Source: Chiloscyllium plagiosum (taxonomy: Eukaryota). From it: DNA of 64,000 nt. The stretch's first letter is position 1. Each line of letters begins with the position of its first letter. The stretch spans positions 30,634,767 to 30,698,766 of the forward strand of contig NC_057718.1 in assembly GCF_004010195.1 (NCBI RefSeq), in the 5' to 3' direction. Of the stretch, positions 1-13,499 are shown piece by piece. The notes below the pieces were generated by a model. The model saw nothing but the letters and a program-made list of their open reading frames with translations, did not search any database and had not been told where the DNA came from. The translations under genes and the position numbers were made by a program.

Positions 1-746
1 TTATACACTTAATGGTAAGGTCCTAGGGAGTGTGGCTGAACAAAGAGACCTTGGAGTGCAGGTTCATAGCTCCTTGAAAGTGGAGTCGCGTGTAGATAGG
101 ATAGTGAAGAAGGCGTTTGGTATGCTTTCCTTTATTGGTCAGAGTATTGAGTACAGGGGTTGGGAGGTCATGTTGCGGCTGTACAGGACATTGGTTAGGC
201 CACTGTTGGAATATTGCATGCAATTCTGGTCTCCTTCCTATCAGAAAGATGTTGTGAAACTTGAAAGGATTCAGAATTTACAAGGATGTTGCTGGGGTTG
301 GAGGATCTGAGCTACAGGGAGAGGCTGAACAGGCTGGGGCTGTTTTCCCTGGAGCGTCGGAGGCTGAGGGGTGACCTTATAGAGGTTTACAAAATTATGA
401 GGGGCATGGATAGGGTAAATAGGCAAAGTCTTTTCCCTGGGGTCATGGAGTCCTGAACTAGAGGTCATCGGTTTAGGGTGAGAGGGGAAAGATATAAAAG
501 AGACCTAAGGGGCAACTTTTTCACGCAGAGGGTGGTGCCTGTATGGAATGAGCTGCCAGAGGATGTGGTGGAGGCTGGTACAATTGCAACATTTAAGAGG
601 CATTTGGATGGGTATATGAATAGGAGGGGTTTGGAGGGATATGGGCCGGGTGCTGGCAGGTGGGACTAGATTGGGTTGGGATACCTGGTCGGCATGGACT
701 GGTTGGACCGAAGGGTCTCTTTCCATGCTGTACATCTCTATGACTC
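1..746 (+). mobile_element. CR1-clade LINE, 3' end (ORF2 C-terminus + 3' UTR), cut by window start
   Basis: Translates to RDLGVQVH...LYRTLVRPLLEYC.QFWSP...LRGNFFTQRVV.VWNELP, typical CR1 ORF2 C-terminal motifs. Ends in a ctctatgactct tail. Closely similar to 17690-18437. Confidence 0.93.
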
Positions 747-1008
747 TGTCTGCTCCACCCTCCTCTCTGACTTGTCAGCCTCACACCCCACCTCCAACCA
801 CCTATTGCACTCTCAGTTACCTTCTCCTCAGCCCCACCCATTTATCACTCCACCCCCGAGGCTTCTAGCCTCATTCCTGATGAAGGGCTTTTGCCCACAA
901 CATCGATTTTCGTGCTGTTCAGATGCTACCTGACCTGCTGTGCTTTTCCAGTACCACTCTGATCTTGACTCTAATCTCCACCATCTGCAATCCTTACTTT
1001 CACTCAGT
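747..1008 (+). mobile_element. Penelope-like element pseudo-LTR fragment with degenerate hammerhead core
   Basis: cctgatgaagggcttttgccc...gatgctacctgacctgctgtgcttttccag is the same repeat that adjoins the GIY-YIG fragment at 60294-60720. The GAAAC box is mutated to acaac. Confidence 0.75.
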
Positions 1009-2686
1009 TGTAGTCCCACCAATAGTGAATAGCTTTCAGAGAATCACTCATTAAGAAATACAGTGCAAAAATGACTAATTGGAAGCAGCTCAAGACTACA
1101 CTTTACTTCAGTCAGAAGAAAACTAAAGAAAATTGGAAAGGATAAAAGCATAATATTCTGTCACGAAATGGAACAGTAACTGCTGTAAAAGAGAGATTCT
1201 CATCCTTGATAACCTAATGCTATTGGTAAAGGAACATTACTTTGATGCACTTCCTGTACCAATGATTAAACATTTTCTTTTGTGTATACACAAGTTAAAA
1301 ATAGCTGATTACAATGTTTTAATCAGTTAAACAGGTTTTAATATCTGTGATAGCTTTAAGACACTAGAGTTAGTAATCAGGGAGATAAATGCTATCAGAG
1401 ATAAAGAGTAATATCTTTAATCTCTTTTTACAGGCTTTGTACCTATAACAAAGAATTTAATATTCAAGTTTGATTTTATTTTAAAATTCTTAATCAGTTT
1501 TATTTTAAGCTAGTGAAAACTAAACAGTGAGAATATAATTTTAAGGAAACTATGCTGCCTCATGAATTTAAGCAGAATTTTTTTTTCAATAAGCAATCCA
1601 GTCCTGTGCGTCTTCCTCGATGAAATGATCTGTCTAGTCTAGTCTAGTATCAGTCAGATTAGTATCACTTAAAGCTGTGACGATTAAAATAGATAGAGTG
1701 CAGGTTTTCTAGATGATCTACTGTGGATTATTCCTCAATAGACCTGCAACAACAGCATCACAATCATCGACCTGTTTGTGTGAATGGTAAACAGAACAAC
1801 AATGCATTAAGTATTGATGTCTGTATTAAATGTTGCTGGCTCAAAAAATGAACCAATAATAGAATAAAGCTCCATGCCACATAACAATCTTTAAATAAAT
1901 TGTCATTAGAAAGTGATTTCAAAGCCATTATCCAATGCTGTGAATATACCAACCCTATGTGGACTGGAGCAGTTCGAGAAGTTGGCTCACCATCACTATG
2001 TCAAGACAAATTAGGGATTGGTAATAAACGTTGACCAAGGCAGCAATATCGTCACCGCAGGAAAGAATTTTGGAGTATGGTTGTTAGCTGCAAGCTGTAG
2101 TGGAAGGCACGTGGTGAATTTTATGGAGTCCACAAGAACAAGAAATGTAGGCATGCAGGGTGAATAAGTGTGACCCAAAATTCTACTTTTGCTATAGCAG
2201 ATTGAGATTTAATCTGCAGTGTATCAGCCCTCACCCCAGCCATTTGTGAGTTAATATGTATCATAAATTTGCATGCCATGAAAGGCCCTGAGCATAATAT
2301 GTCTTTTAAGTTCAAGTCAGCGGACAACAGGAATCTTGTGGCACCTAGTTTATGTTCGTTTAATGGATACATGCAGCAGTAAGCTTTGTGTAGTTAAATC
2401 TGAGGTGACTAGATTTCCTTGTTGAATGCTGTGGCATGAGGGAGGTGAGCTGGTCAGTGTGCCTCAACAACACTCTGCCATTATCAGCTAATTTGCATGA
2501 CTGGTTAGCACGTTTAACCATTGGCTAGCTAAACCACACAGGATTGTAGCAGATCCCTGATCGGTGGTGAATTGGTAATCAGAGAAAGCAGCATTGTGCT
2601 GAACTTTGGCCTCCATAACCTTTTGTTTTGGAAGGAGAACCTGTCTTAAATCCTGTGTTGTCCAGGTTATACATGTTGGTATTTGT

Positions 2687-2961
2687 GGGCGGCACGGCGG
2701 CACGGTGGCACAGTGGTTAGCACTGCCGCCTCAGGCGACTGACTGTGTGGAGTTTGCACGTTCTCCCCGTGTCTGCGTGGGTTTCCTCCGGGTGCTCCGG
2801 TTTCCTCCCACAGTCCAAAGATGTGCAGGTCAGGTGAATTGGTCATGCTAAATTGCCCGTAGTGTTAGGTAAGGGGTATGGGTGGGTTGCGCTTCGGCGG
2901 GTCGGTGTGGACTTGTTGGGCCGAAAGGCCTGTTTCCACACTGTAATGTAAACTAAACTAA
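2687..2961 (+). mobile_element. HE1-like tRNA-derived SINE (internally deleted)
   Basis: ggcacagtggttagcactgc head, gggtttcctccgggtgctccggtttcctcccaca core, CR1-like 3' tail. Many copies in the window. Confidence 0.88.
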
Positions 2962-3344
2962 AAGACTGGACTTGACTGAGTTGTAAACATACTAATTATT
3001 ATGCACTTAAACAACCAATTCAAAATGAACCAATTAAAAATATCAAATGTAAATATTTTCTGGAGGCTTTGGGACCAGAAACAGGCAAGTCAGGGATGAG
3101 GGCTGGTGAGTGTATAGTTTGAATGGTTGGAGTTCAGGAGCATTGAAGAGGTTAAAATAGGATGATGGTATCATTGAGGAGTGGTGTGGTAAGAACCTAG
3201 AATATGGTTGGGAATGGTGGGAACCGACAGTCAAAGTAAGAAACTGAGTGGTTTAAAAGGTGTGGTCAATACATACTGTACAAATTCCATTTTAGGATGT
3301 TGGCAGCTGAAGCTCTTTAAATGTTTTGATTTCACCAATAACAT

Positions 3345-3659
3345 GGGGTGGCATGGTGGCTCAGTGGTTAGCACTGCTGCCAAACAGCACCAGGGACCCA
3401 GGTTCGATTCCAGCCTTGGGCGACTGTCTGTGTGGAGTTTGCGCATTCTCCCCCTGTCATTTGCACATTTCCTTCAGGTGCTCAGGTTTCCTCCCACAGT
3501 CCAAAGATGTGCAGGTCAGGTGAATTGGCCATGCTAAATTGCCCATAGTGTTAGGTGCATTAGTCAGAGGGCAATGGGTCTGGGTGGGTTACTCTTCAGA
3601 AGGTCGGAGTGGACCTGTTAGGCCGAAGGGCCTGTTTCCACACTGTAGGGAATTTAATC
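3345..3659 (+). mobile_element. HE1-like SINE
   Basis: A box (tggctcagtggtt), B box (ggttcgattcc), conserved core, tail ggccgaagggcctgtttccacactgta. Confidence 0.88.
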
Positions 3660-4537
3660 AAACATTTTAATTATCCTCACATTGAGTAATCTTGGACAGT
3701 CTCCTTTACAACATACAAAAGGGAGGGCCAGCTGAGCTTGCAAATTCAGCCATGTCCTACATAATGGTAAGTACATCACTGGACATTAACATGTACATTC
3801 CGTAAAGGGTAAACAAGGAGACACAAACTGCTTCTTCCACAAGAAAAGGAAAAGTCCGTAACACCCATTTTACCATCAGTGGATGCCAACCACGAGGCTG
3901 ATCAGTACATCAAGATCTTTGATTAAGCTAGTTTCACAAATAACAATGATGTCCACATGAATAAAGTAAAACCAGTATAATAAGACATAATTACAAGTAA
4001 AATTTAACTTTAAAAGAGCACCAATAAAGAGCAAACCTTTCTGATCTCAAAATGTTTTAATGGAAAGTGTGTTGTGCCGACAAATTCTGCCCATGATCCA
4101 CAGCCTCCTTCGCTCTCCAGGAGGTTCTTTTATAACCCACCTGTAACTGTATTGTTGGGAATTGCTAGTGGTTGTTGAGCTTCCCTGCCACAGAATCAAG
4201 TGTCTCCCATCCACTTCTGGCACTTCAAAGTTTAATTGTAACCTTGTGGGAAATTGAGAAAAAAGCAAAAGAGTGAAAGTGATGCTCACTTGTGGTTCAG
4301 CAGTCAGGAATAGTTTGCTACTGAAAACATGTCATCCATTAGTTTTCATTTTCATTTTATTTAGCATTCTATTTCCACCTATATGTTCAAAAGAGTTGAT
4401 TATTGATGTCAGAATTTAAATCATATAACCAGATTGTGAGGACTGTTCTGGTGCAGTGGTAAGGCCCATATCTCAGAATGAGAAGGCCTAGGTTCAAGTC
4501 CCATCTGCTCCAGAGATGTGTAATAACATCTCTGAAG

Positions 4538-4863
4538 ATTAGATTAGATTCCCTACAGTATGGAAACAGGCCCTTCGGCCCAACAAGTCCACACCGACCT
4601 TCCGAAGAGTGATCCACCCAGACCCACTCCCCATATTTACCCCTGACTAATGCACTTTGCAGTATGGGCAATTTAACACGGCCAATTCACCTCACCTGCG
4701 CATTTTTGGACTGTGGGAGGAAGCCAGAGCACCCGGAGGAAACCCACACAGACACAGGTAGAATGTGCAAATTCTGCACAGACAGTTGCCCGAGGCTGGA
4801 ATCGAACCTGAGTCCCTGGTGCTGTGAGGAGGCAGAGCTAACCACTGAGCCACTGTGCCGCCC
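4538..4863 (-). mobile_element. HE1-like SINE
   Basis: Reverse complement of the same family, with (ttaga)n tail at 4539-4550. Confidence 0.88.
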
Positions 4864-4939
4864 CAGAAAGAAGACTTGGCAGATATCCGAAGTGAACGAA
4901 CTCCTTTCTTGATTTGAAACTCAAGAAGTTGAACTTCAG

Positions 4940-5011
4940 TCAGCCTGACGTGATTTGAACACGCAACCTTCTGATCTGGAGTCAGACACACTACTGTTGC
5001 GCCACAAGTCC
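4940..5011 (-). pseudogene. tRNA-Trp(CCA) pseudogene or tRNA-derived copy
   Basis: Minus strand reads GGACTTG TG GCGC AACAGTA GTGT G TCTGA CTCCAGA TCAGA AGGTT GCGTG TTCAAAT CACGT CAGGCTG A. The anticodon arm (CCA) and T arm match vertebrate tRNA-Trp. The acceptor stem has two mismatches and the D arm shows CpG-decay changes. Confidence 0.88.
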
Positions 5012-5571
5012 ACTAACAGATTGATTAGAAAATATATAAACCAGATAATGAGGGCTCTTGTGGTGCAGTCCCTACCTTTGTGTCAGAGACCCAGCTTCAA
5101 GTACACCTGCTGTGGAGGTGGGTTACAACATGTTTGAATGGGTTGATTGGAAAATATCCAGAACGAAATCTCTATTGAGGTACTAAGGTACAGTTGCAAT
5201 ATTGTTCTGTATATGTGGCATCACCCCTCTAAATTCATTACAGACATTATCAAAATTGAACACTGACAATATTTGGTTAGCCGTGTGGAATTATACCAAC
5301 AAGAGCCTTTTCTAAAGTTGGAATAATTTTTGAGACTGGAGATGTGAGGCATTTTGTCATGCAGAGTCGTGAACTCCCCAAATATAATTGTAGTTAAGAT
5401 AATTGGCTTCTTTATAAGTGGCTGGGCGAGCTTTTTGCTGAGAATGGAAGTTAGAGTAATAAGCAGAAGCAATGAATAAACTACTTCTGACAGGTTGTGG
5501 GGTATATTTTCCATGCAGGACAGAATGCTAGGGTTGAATCGTGAAAACTGGAAGTTGTTCAATATTCTGGA

Positions 5572-7530
5572 CATAAAACATAGAAACAGGCGCAGAAGTA
5601 GGCCATTCAATCCTTTGAGCCTGTTCTGCTATTCAATGTGTCCATCGTTGATCATGCAACTCAGTAGCCTGTTCCCACTTTCTCCCCATATTCTTTGATC
5701 CTTTTCATCCTATGAACTATATCTTCATCTTTATTGAAAGCCTTCAATGTTTTGGCCTGAGCAGTTTTCCGAGAATTCCACAGGCTCAGTATTCTCTTGG
5801 TGAAGAAATTCCTCCTAATCTCTATCCTAAGAGGCCTTTATCCATAGAGAAAGTGAGGACTGCAGATGCTGGAGATCAGAGTCAAAAAATGTGGTGCTGG
5901 AAAAGCATCGCAGGTCAGGCAGCATCAGGATGAAGGGCTCATGCCCAAAACTCAGCTTCTCCTGCTCCTCGGATACTGCCTGATTTGTGCTTTTCCAGCA
6001 CTACACCTTAGACCCTTATCCTCTGGTTTTAGACTTTCTGATCACTGAGAACATCGATCCTGCATCTACCCTGTCTAATCTTGTTAGATCTTTATAGGTG
6101 ATTTAGTGTTAGATCTTTATAGGTGATTTCATGATCCAGTGATTTCCCCTTCATTCTTCTAAACTGTAGTGAAAATAATTTCAACCAATCCATTCTTGCT
6201 CTCTGTACTTCAGTCCTACCACTCCAGGAATCAGTCTTAAATCATATTTGCTGTCCCTCAATCGGCAGAGCATCCTTCCTCAGATAAAGAGACCAAAACT
6301 ACATATAGTCCTCCAGGTGTAGTCTTACCAATGGCCTGTACAGTTGCAGGAAGATAGCCTTGCTCCTGTACTCAAATGCTTTTGCTGTGAAGACCAATAT
6401 ACCAGTCTGCTACACCTGCATACTCACTTTCAATGGCTGGTCTATTAGGATACCCAGGTCTTATTGCATCTCCCCTTTTCCTAATTTATTACCATTCAGA
6501 TAATATTCTGCCTGCCTGTTTCTAGTACCAAACTGGATAACCTTATATTTATCCACATTATTCTCCATCTGCCCATTTGCCCATTTATTTAACCTGTCTA
6601 ATCACACTGCAACGTCTCTGCATGCTGTCTCCTCTCAGCTTACTCTCCCACAGCTTTGTGTCATCCGCAAACTTAAAGATATAACTTATAGTTTCCTCAT
6701 CTAAATCAGTCATATATATCATGAATAGCTGGGAACCAAGCACTGTTTCCTGCAGTACCCCACCAGTCACTGCCTGCCATTCATTTAAAAAAAGTCCCAT
6801 TTATTCTTACTGTTTGTTTCCTGTCTGCCGATCAATTCTCAAACCACTTCAGAACACGAACTCCAATCCCATGTGCTTTAGTTTTGTATGCTAATCTCTC
6901 ATGTGGGACCTTATCAAAAGCCTTCTGAAAATCCAAGTGAACTACATCCACTCACTCCCCTTGATCAACTCGACTAGTTGCATCTTCAAAAATCTCCAGC
7001 AGATTTGTCAAGCACAACTTCCCCTACATAAATCCATTCTGACTCTGTTTGATCTTGTCGCTATCTTTCAAGTACTCTGCCATTACACCTTTTATAATCA
7101 AATCTAGCATTTTTCCCTCAATCATTGCCAAGTTAACATATCTATAAATAGTTGGGTTACATTAGCAACCTTCCTATCGATAGGAGCTGTTCCAGAGTCT
7201 ATAAAAATTTAAAAGATGACCTCTGCTGCTTCGAGGATCACTTCCTGAAATACTCTGGATGAGGTTTTTCAGGCCTTGGGAATTTATCTGCCTTTAATCC
7301 CATTAGTTTCCCCAACAACATTTCCATAAAAATATTAATGTCTTTCAATTCCTCCTTCCCATTAGGCTTTATAGTCCCCCATGTTTTTGGGATGTTATTT
7401 GAATCTTCCTTCGTCAAGACTGACTAAAAGTATGTATTTAATTGTTCTGCCGTCTTTTGTTCCCCAATCAAAATTCCCCTATTTCTGATAGTAGGGGCCC
7501 TATATTTGATTTTACCAATCTTTCTCTCCG
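5572..7530 (-). mobile_element. Decayed CR1-clade LINE (RT region + 3' end), interrupted by a PLE fragment
   Basis: Minus-strand ORF 6585-6800 (WQAVTGGVLQETVLGSQLFMIYMTDLD...KFADDTKL) matches CR1 RT motifs. Boundaries are approximate. Confidence 0.85.
5847..6010. mobile_element. Small fold-back PLE pseudo-LTR insertion
   Basis: Inverted arms gtggtgctggaaaagca...caggcagcatc / gatactgcctg...tgcttttccagcactac, flanked by cctttatcc / cccttatcc (possible TSD). Confidence 0.75.
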
Positions 7531-10500
7531 CAATGCATGCTGTTTTTACGAGATTGAATGGTTGGGTTACAGACCTAATGCAATCATTTAGATATGCTAT
7601 GTGTAACAAGTGAGCATGTTAGTTGATTCACTTCTTTTTAAGCTTGATGTACTTCTCTTTGCAAGATATTGAGTGTGTTTTAAGAATGATAGCATTTGCT
7701 CCATTTGAGTAAGCAATTTAATTGCTGGTATCATTAAAATTATCATGTTTTCTACCCCCATCAGCAAACAGACTATGTGGCCTCATTATGTTTCAATGTC
7801 ATGGAAATGTTCATTAATTTAATCTTAGACTGCTTATAACTGGGAATAGTGTGAATTGTTTTAGATCACGCCAACTCTAAGAAGCGTTTGTGTTTATCCA
7901 GAGGCAGATCCCTACTTGGAAAATCTGAGCAAAGTGAAATTTACTCATTCAAGGTGTTTTGCTCCTGCCAGATTCCTATCTGATGCTGACCTTGGATTTA
8001 TACAATAACTTTCTACTTTACGACAGTGATCCCTTTCTACACCACATTTCTAGTCAAAAGGTTGTCTCACTGGCCTCAATGTTAAGACATGTTTCTGAGA
8101 GCTCTGCTGCCCATAAAAATGCAACATTTTGCAGATGAATGAGGTTAGCGATAAATAACCACTGATTATTAACACCCAGTACACAGAATTATGTCTTGTG
8201 GAAGCAATATTTCTCAACAATTTTCTTTTCTCGGTATGAGGTTGAAATGTATTATTCACCAGTGCAAAATATTTAAATATTCTAACATGCTCATGCAACC
8301 TTAAACATCAGAAATCAATGTCAGGGAAAAAGCTGTTTAAAAAATAAAAGAACGAATCAGCATGTTGCAGACTAATTACATGTTTACTTTTCCAAGTTAT
8401 CCAAATGCACATAATCAACAATTTCATTTTAGATCATTTCACTCCGAAATCATTTATGAGATTTTTTCCTTATTTTGCTTCACAGTAATTTGTGCATCCC
8501 ATTTCAATATTGCTGTTTAACAAACAACATGAGACAATGCGACAAACAGATTTAAGAAAAATATTTTTCCTACTTTATTTATAGGAAATGTTAGTAGTAT
8601 AGTGCATGTTATCTAGAACAATAGAAAGTTTCTGTTTTGGGGTGACAGGAAAGTGTATCTTGGTGTCTGAATTATGGGACTAAGAACACAGTTATTTTAT
8701 TTGCTATTGCTGTAGTGAGTTATCTTTACGTTGTAAAGGATTAAGATTGTTATAAGGCTATGTTATAATGTCTCTGGCTGCTTGGCTTTGAGTGGATTTA
8801 TGTTAATGTTTCAATTGCAGCAAAATGAGAACCATATTATCTAATGATCAGTCCACTAGAGATAGCATTCAACTTGAATAGTTTAGTTACGAGCTCTCAC
8901 CTCTCCTGTTTGCTTGGTAAGTAACGACATCGGCCAGTCCAATATTGAGAATACAGAGTAGGAAGATCCCAGGTCTGTGCTGTATTGGCTTGTCTTGGCA
9001 GATTCTATATTATTGAAGGAAGCATTTTTTTTTAAGTAACTTGCCAAAATGATCATTACTTTACATGAGCCAAAATTATTTACTTAATTATGGGATCACA
9101 GCTAACTCCTGTTTTTCCCTAGTGTTCTGAAGATAACACATTCTAAGAGTGTAGTGGCAAAGGGCAGAACATTTAATAAGCTTATTTTCTTTCTGGCTTA
9201 TAGGTATAAAGGGCAACTGTTGCACACTTATAGCACCTTGGCCAAAATTGGTTGACGTCGTATAGACCTCAACACTGAGACCATCTTGGTTTGTATATCT
9301 AAATTGCACATTGAATAGTGCACTAACCAACATATAAAGCACTTCGGTAATCTCGAGATTACTTCCCATTGCCATGTGTTAGAAAGAGTACAAATAGTAG
9401 ATAAGGATGGCTTGGAGCGTGATGCAAACGGGAAGGGTTCTCAGATATTGAGACCATTTCTAAGCAGGTGATAGGAGTTGAAAAGGGACAGTATATACTT
9501 CAAGAAAGTCTCCCTGTGAGGACCTTGGTTCCAGTTCACTAATGTTACTGAGAAGGGTTTAAAAGTTCGTAAAAGGTTGCGGATGGACACCAGCATATAA
9601 AAGTGAAAAAAAGTAAAATGTACAGTTGAGTTGGATAGCTCTTGAAAAGATTTGAGTAGATTAAGAAGGACTAAAGAAATACAAGCACAGGTTTAGAATG
9701 CATGTATGTAAATGCATAAAATATGGTAAATGATGTTGTTGAACTGAAAGAATAAACAGCCTCATGGAATATGACATTATGTCAATATTGAGAACATGGT
9801 TTAAAAGTGACAAAAACTTGATTTTTAAGGAAATGAAGTGTTCAGAAAAGGTAGAGAAAGAAAAAAGGAAGTGAACTGACAGTACTAATTAGGAAAAGTA
9901 CTAAGGGCCTGAAAAACAAGCTCAATAGCATGAAATCTGGACGAATAGCACAAGAGGTCCAGCAGGACCTATCTCAACATCAGGAACAACTGCAGCATCT
10001 TTTACTGAGTTCCGAGCATCAGAGCAAGATTCTCACTTGGCAACAGTGAGTTCCCTGTAAAGAGGATTATGGCTTGTTAGTGACCTCATGAACTGCAATT
10101 TTCCCCTTATTAATATGTAGCTTTCTATTGTGCAATCTGCATGGAGCAAACTAGATATCAAGAAATCTTGACATGACAGAGCGGGTACCTGGTGAGTTTA
10201 GTTTGCCATGACCGCCTTGTTGGTCACCAGGCAATGGCGGTTCAGGGCATGATTCATTGGTGCTGGCTGCATGCAACACTTGTCTACAGACACTACCATC
10301 CAGTAATTTCCAACCTCATAGTATCCTCAAGACACATCTCTAATCCACTTACAGGACATTAAGGAAGTGCAGATCTGCATTTCCAGGCACATCAGCACCA
10401 GGACTGAAAAGCAATTGCTCTATGTGCAGGGCTGGGCACCAACCTCACTGATTGGACCAGGTTGCATCTCTTAGCACTTACTCACTTGACACCTAATCGT

Positions 10501-11896
10501 ATGCTTGCAACATCTATGCATCACCTTGCCTTGCCATACCAGCCTAGCACTTAAGCCAGAGTCGAAAGGCTGTCAGTGCTGCTGTATTGTCATGGCACAG
10601 ACACACACTGTATAAGTAGGAATCAGTCCAGGTGGGGTCATCTTGCTGTTCAACACAGTGAGACATTAGTCTCACAACTATAGGATGTGCCAGAACAAAA
10701 GGTGATCCCAGAAGATGTTTCAAGTACAGATTTGATACATTTCAATAGGTGCAAAAGACAGAGAAAACAAAGCTAGTGCTCCTTGGATGGCAAGCAGATG
10801 CAGAGCATGATGAGACAAAAAGAGAGAGGGTAAGATGCAGGTCAGTTGAATTCTTCAAGTGAAAACCAGACCAAATACAATAGGATGAGTTACAAGCGAG
10901 ATGTTAATTTGACCCTGACCAGTTTGTGGGTATCCAAAAAAGGGTTCACAACATTTTTAGTAACAGCAGACTGGTCAGTTTGTCATCTATGATAGATAAG
11001 GTTTTTGAAATCAAAATGTCGGTGAAAACGATCAAGAAGGCAATGGACAGCTTTGACCTGTTTAATTAGAGCCAGTTTGGATTTGTAATTGAGTATCATG
11101 TGATATTCATCTCCTTAAGTATTTTGACAACATAACATTGATTAAGGGAATTCATAGATAATTTCTATGTGGCTTTTAATAAAGTTAACATCTGTTCTCC
11201 TATTCCACATACTTTAATTTCATTGTTCAAAAAAAAATTACTTCAGAGTAAAAGGTGGGGCTTCATAAACAGTGTCTTGAGAACCAAAGCAGGAGGATAA
11301 ACTGAACACTTAGTTATGATCCAACCAAGCTTTATAGAGTATTGTTTTCTGGTGTGAATCTTCTGGTACAAAGCAGGAGGCAAGAAGGAGGATGGACAAG
11401 AGGCCAAAGTTTGTTTTCTGACAGCGGAATAAATGTTTATAATTAAGTTCACCAACCTTTTAAAAAAAAACCTTCCAATAGCCAGAGTGAAAAGGCTTAT
11501 TTGTATTTCATTAAAAAGCCAGTTGGTAGAATTAAGTGCCCTTTCCTTATTAGATTCTCCCTAATGTATGGGCAAGGTGGAGTGAAGGCAGCACTAGGGA
11601 AACAGGATCCTAGATTAAATTGTCCTTTTTGGAGTGAACGAGATTATGGGTGATCAAATAGAAGCGTGCAAAACTATAACAGCTTTAAATTGAGTAGTCA
11701 ATAAAAATCTATTCCTGTTAACTGATGGAAGAAACATGAAAGGACACAGATTAAGGCTATGGAGGATATGCAGGAGGATGTCTGGAAGAAGAGTTTTATG
11801 CAGTGACTGGTAATGATCAGAGATCATTGTCCATAAGGTTTGTAGAAGAGTAGATAATTAAAGATTTCAAAAAGAAATCAGACGGGCTGTTCAATT

Positions 11897-12095
11897 AAAC
11901 AACAAGTGCTGGAAAAACTTAGTAGATTTGGCAACATCTGTGGAGAGAGAAACAGACAATGTTTCAACTCTAATGACTCAACTTGAAATGTCAACTCTGT
12001 TTCTCTGTCCACAAATATTGTCAGACCTGCTGAGTTTCTCCAGCATTTTCTGTTTTATTTCAAATCTCCAGCAACTGCATTATGTTGTTTTTATT
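11897..12095. mobile_element. Older fold-back repeat, probably PLE-derived (second family)
   Basis: Inverted arms tgctggaaaaacttagtagatttggcaacatctgtggagagagaaacaga / tctgtttctctgtccacaaatattgtcagacctgctgagtttctccagca. Related copies at 34707-34925, 35905-36040 and 47610-47710. Confidence 0.6.
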
Positions 12096-13499
12096 TGGAG
12101 AGGCTCTTAATGGAAATGAATTTGCTGGGGAATAGGATTAACTGAATTGCTGTACAGAAAGTTGTCATTGATGGGCTGAATGGTCACCTTCTGCACTGCA
12201 CTGACTCAATATTATGGGTTTCAGAAAAAAAGTCACTTTTACTGTCTTTTGTCTCTTTATTTTCCCCTTTCATTGGTGAACACTTCTTCACACTCATTTT
12301 CTTTTGCTTCTGTCTTACCAACAAACATAAACCTCTAATCCCATTCAACCACAGTACCTTTGAAAGCAACACAACAAACGGCAAAACCTGCTTTGTGAAC
12401 ATGTCTTAATCTAGTTTGAAATCCAGAAAGTTTATCTATGAAAGGCTAGGTCACAGAATAAGAGTAACTATGGAAGTCTTGAGATGCCTGCAGGGTCTTA
12501 AGCATTTTAATAAAGAGAGTATTTCGGTTTTATAACAAATATACTCGAAACACAAGAAGCTGCTTCACTCTTTGATTTGCAGTGATGGCATAAAATTGAA
12601 TAAAAGACTTTAAAGGAATTATGCATGTAAGTCATAGAAACCTAATTTGTGAGTGCAGAAACCAACAGAAAAGCTAGCCCATACCTGAACTATTCATAGA
12701 TATAAAGCAAAAGAAGGCTATTATAATTATATAGAAATTTGGTCAGATTGCATTTGGAATAATGTGTTCAATTGTAGGAACTCAACCTTGTGAAAGATAC
12801 ACAGGCCTTCAGGGAGTACCAATAATAATGCACCATGATGATAACTTGAGATGAAAGCACTTAGCTATTACGAGGAATAGGTAAACTTGGGTTATATTCT
12901 TCAGATATGAGGCATTAAGAGCTAATCTGATTGTGGTAAAAGGATTTAATAACATAAACATTCTTTCTTCTAGTCAGGGGAACAGGGCGACATAATCTTT
13001 AAATTAGAACTAAGTCAGTTAGAGCTGAAACCACAAAGATTTCTTTTATACAGTGGCTGTGAAAATATAGTATGCGTCATCCCAGGAGGTTGTAAATGCA
13101 GAATCAAATATTGTATTTAAAAGAGAAGCTGATGCTTATTTAGCAGTAAAGTTGTAAGGGATATGAAAAAATGGTAAATGCAATTAGATGGGTAAAGAAC
13201 TACCATTACTGACAAAATGGCAGAGTGCTCTAAATGGGCCAAAATTACTTGCTTTATAAATTGATATACTTAATTATTATACTTAATATTCAAGTGATAA
13301 ACAATTGTGGATTTCTTCATTTCCTTCTGTGCAATCTTGAAGATCCTCACCCATGTCAGCACCTAACCTCATCCAGACTCATACCTTCATCTTTAAAATA
13401 ATCACTTTTGTTCTTTCCCATTAATTACCCATGCATGCCTTTCACACATTTTTATGAAACCTACCTCTTGCCCTTTTCATCTCTCTCACTACTTGATTT

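Noticed and set aside
4940..5011. Functional tRNA-Trp gene
   Set aside because: Broken acceptor stem, loss of the D-loop GG, CpG decay and no Pol III terminator; called a pseudogene.
6082..6130. 25-bp tandem duplication (tgttagatctttataggtgattt); similar short duplications near 16952, 53836 and 58681
   Set aside because: Only two units each and no spacers; ordinary slippage duplications, not CRISPR-like arrays.
8585..8620. Possible upstream CAMKMT exon after tttatttatag
   Set aside because: Translation does not match the expected exon and there is no suitable donor; that exon probably lies upstream of the window.
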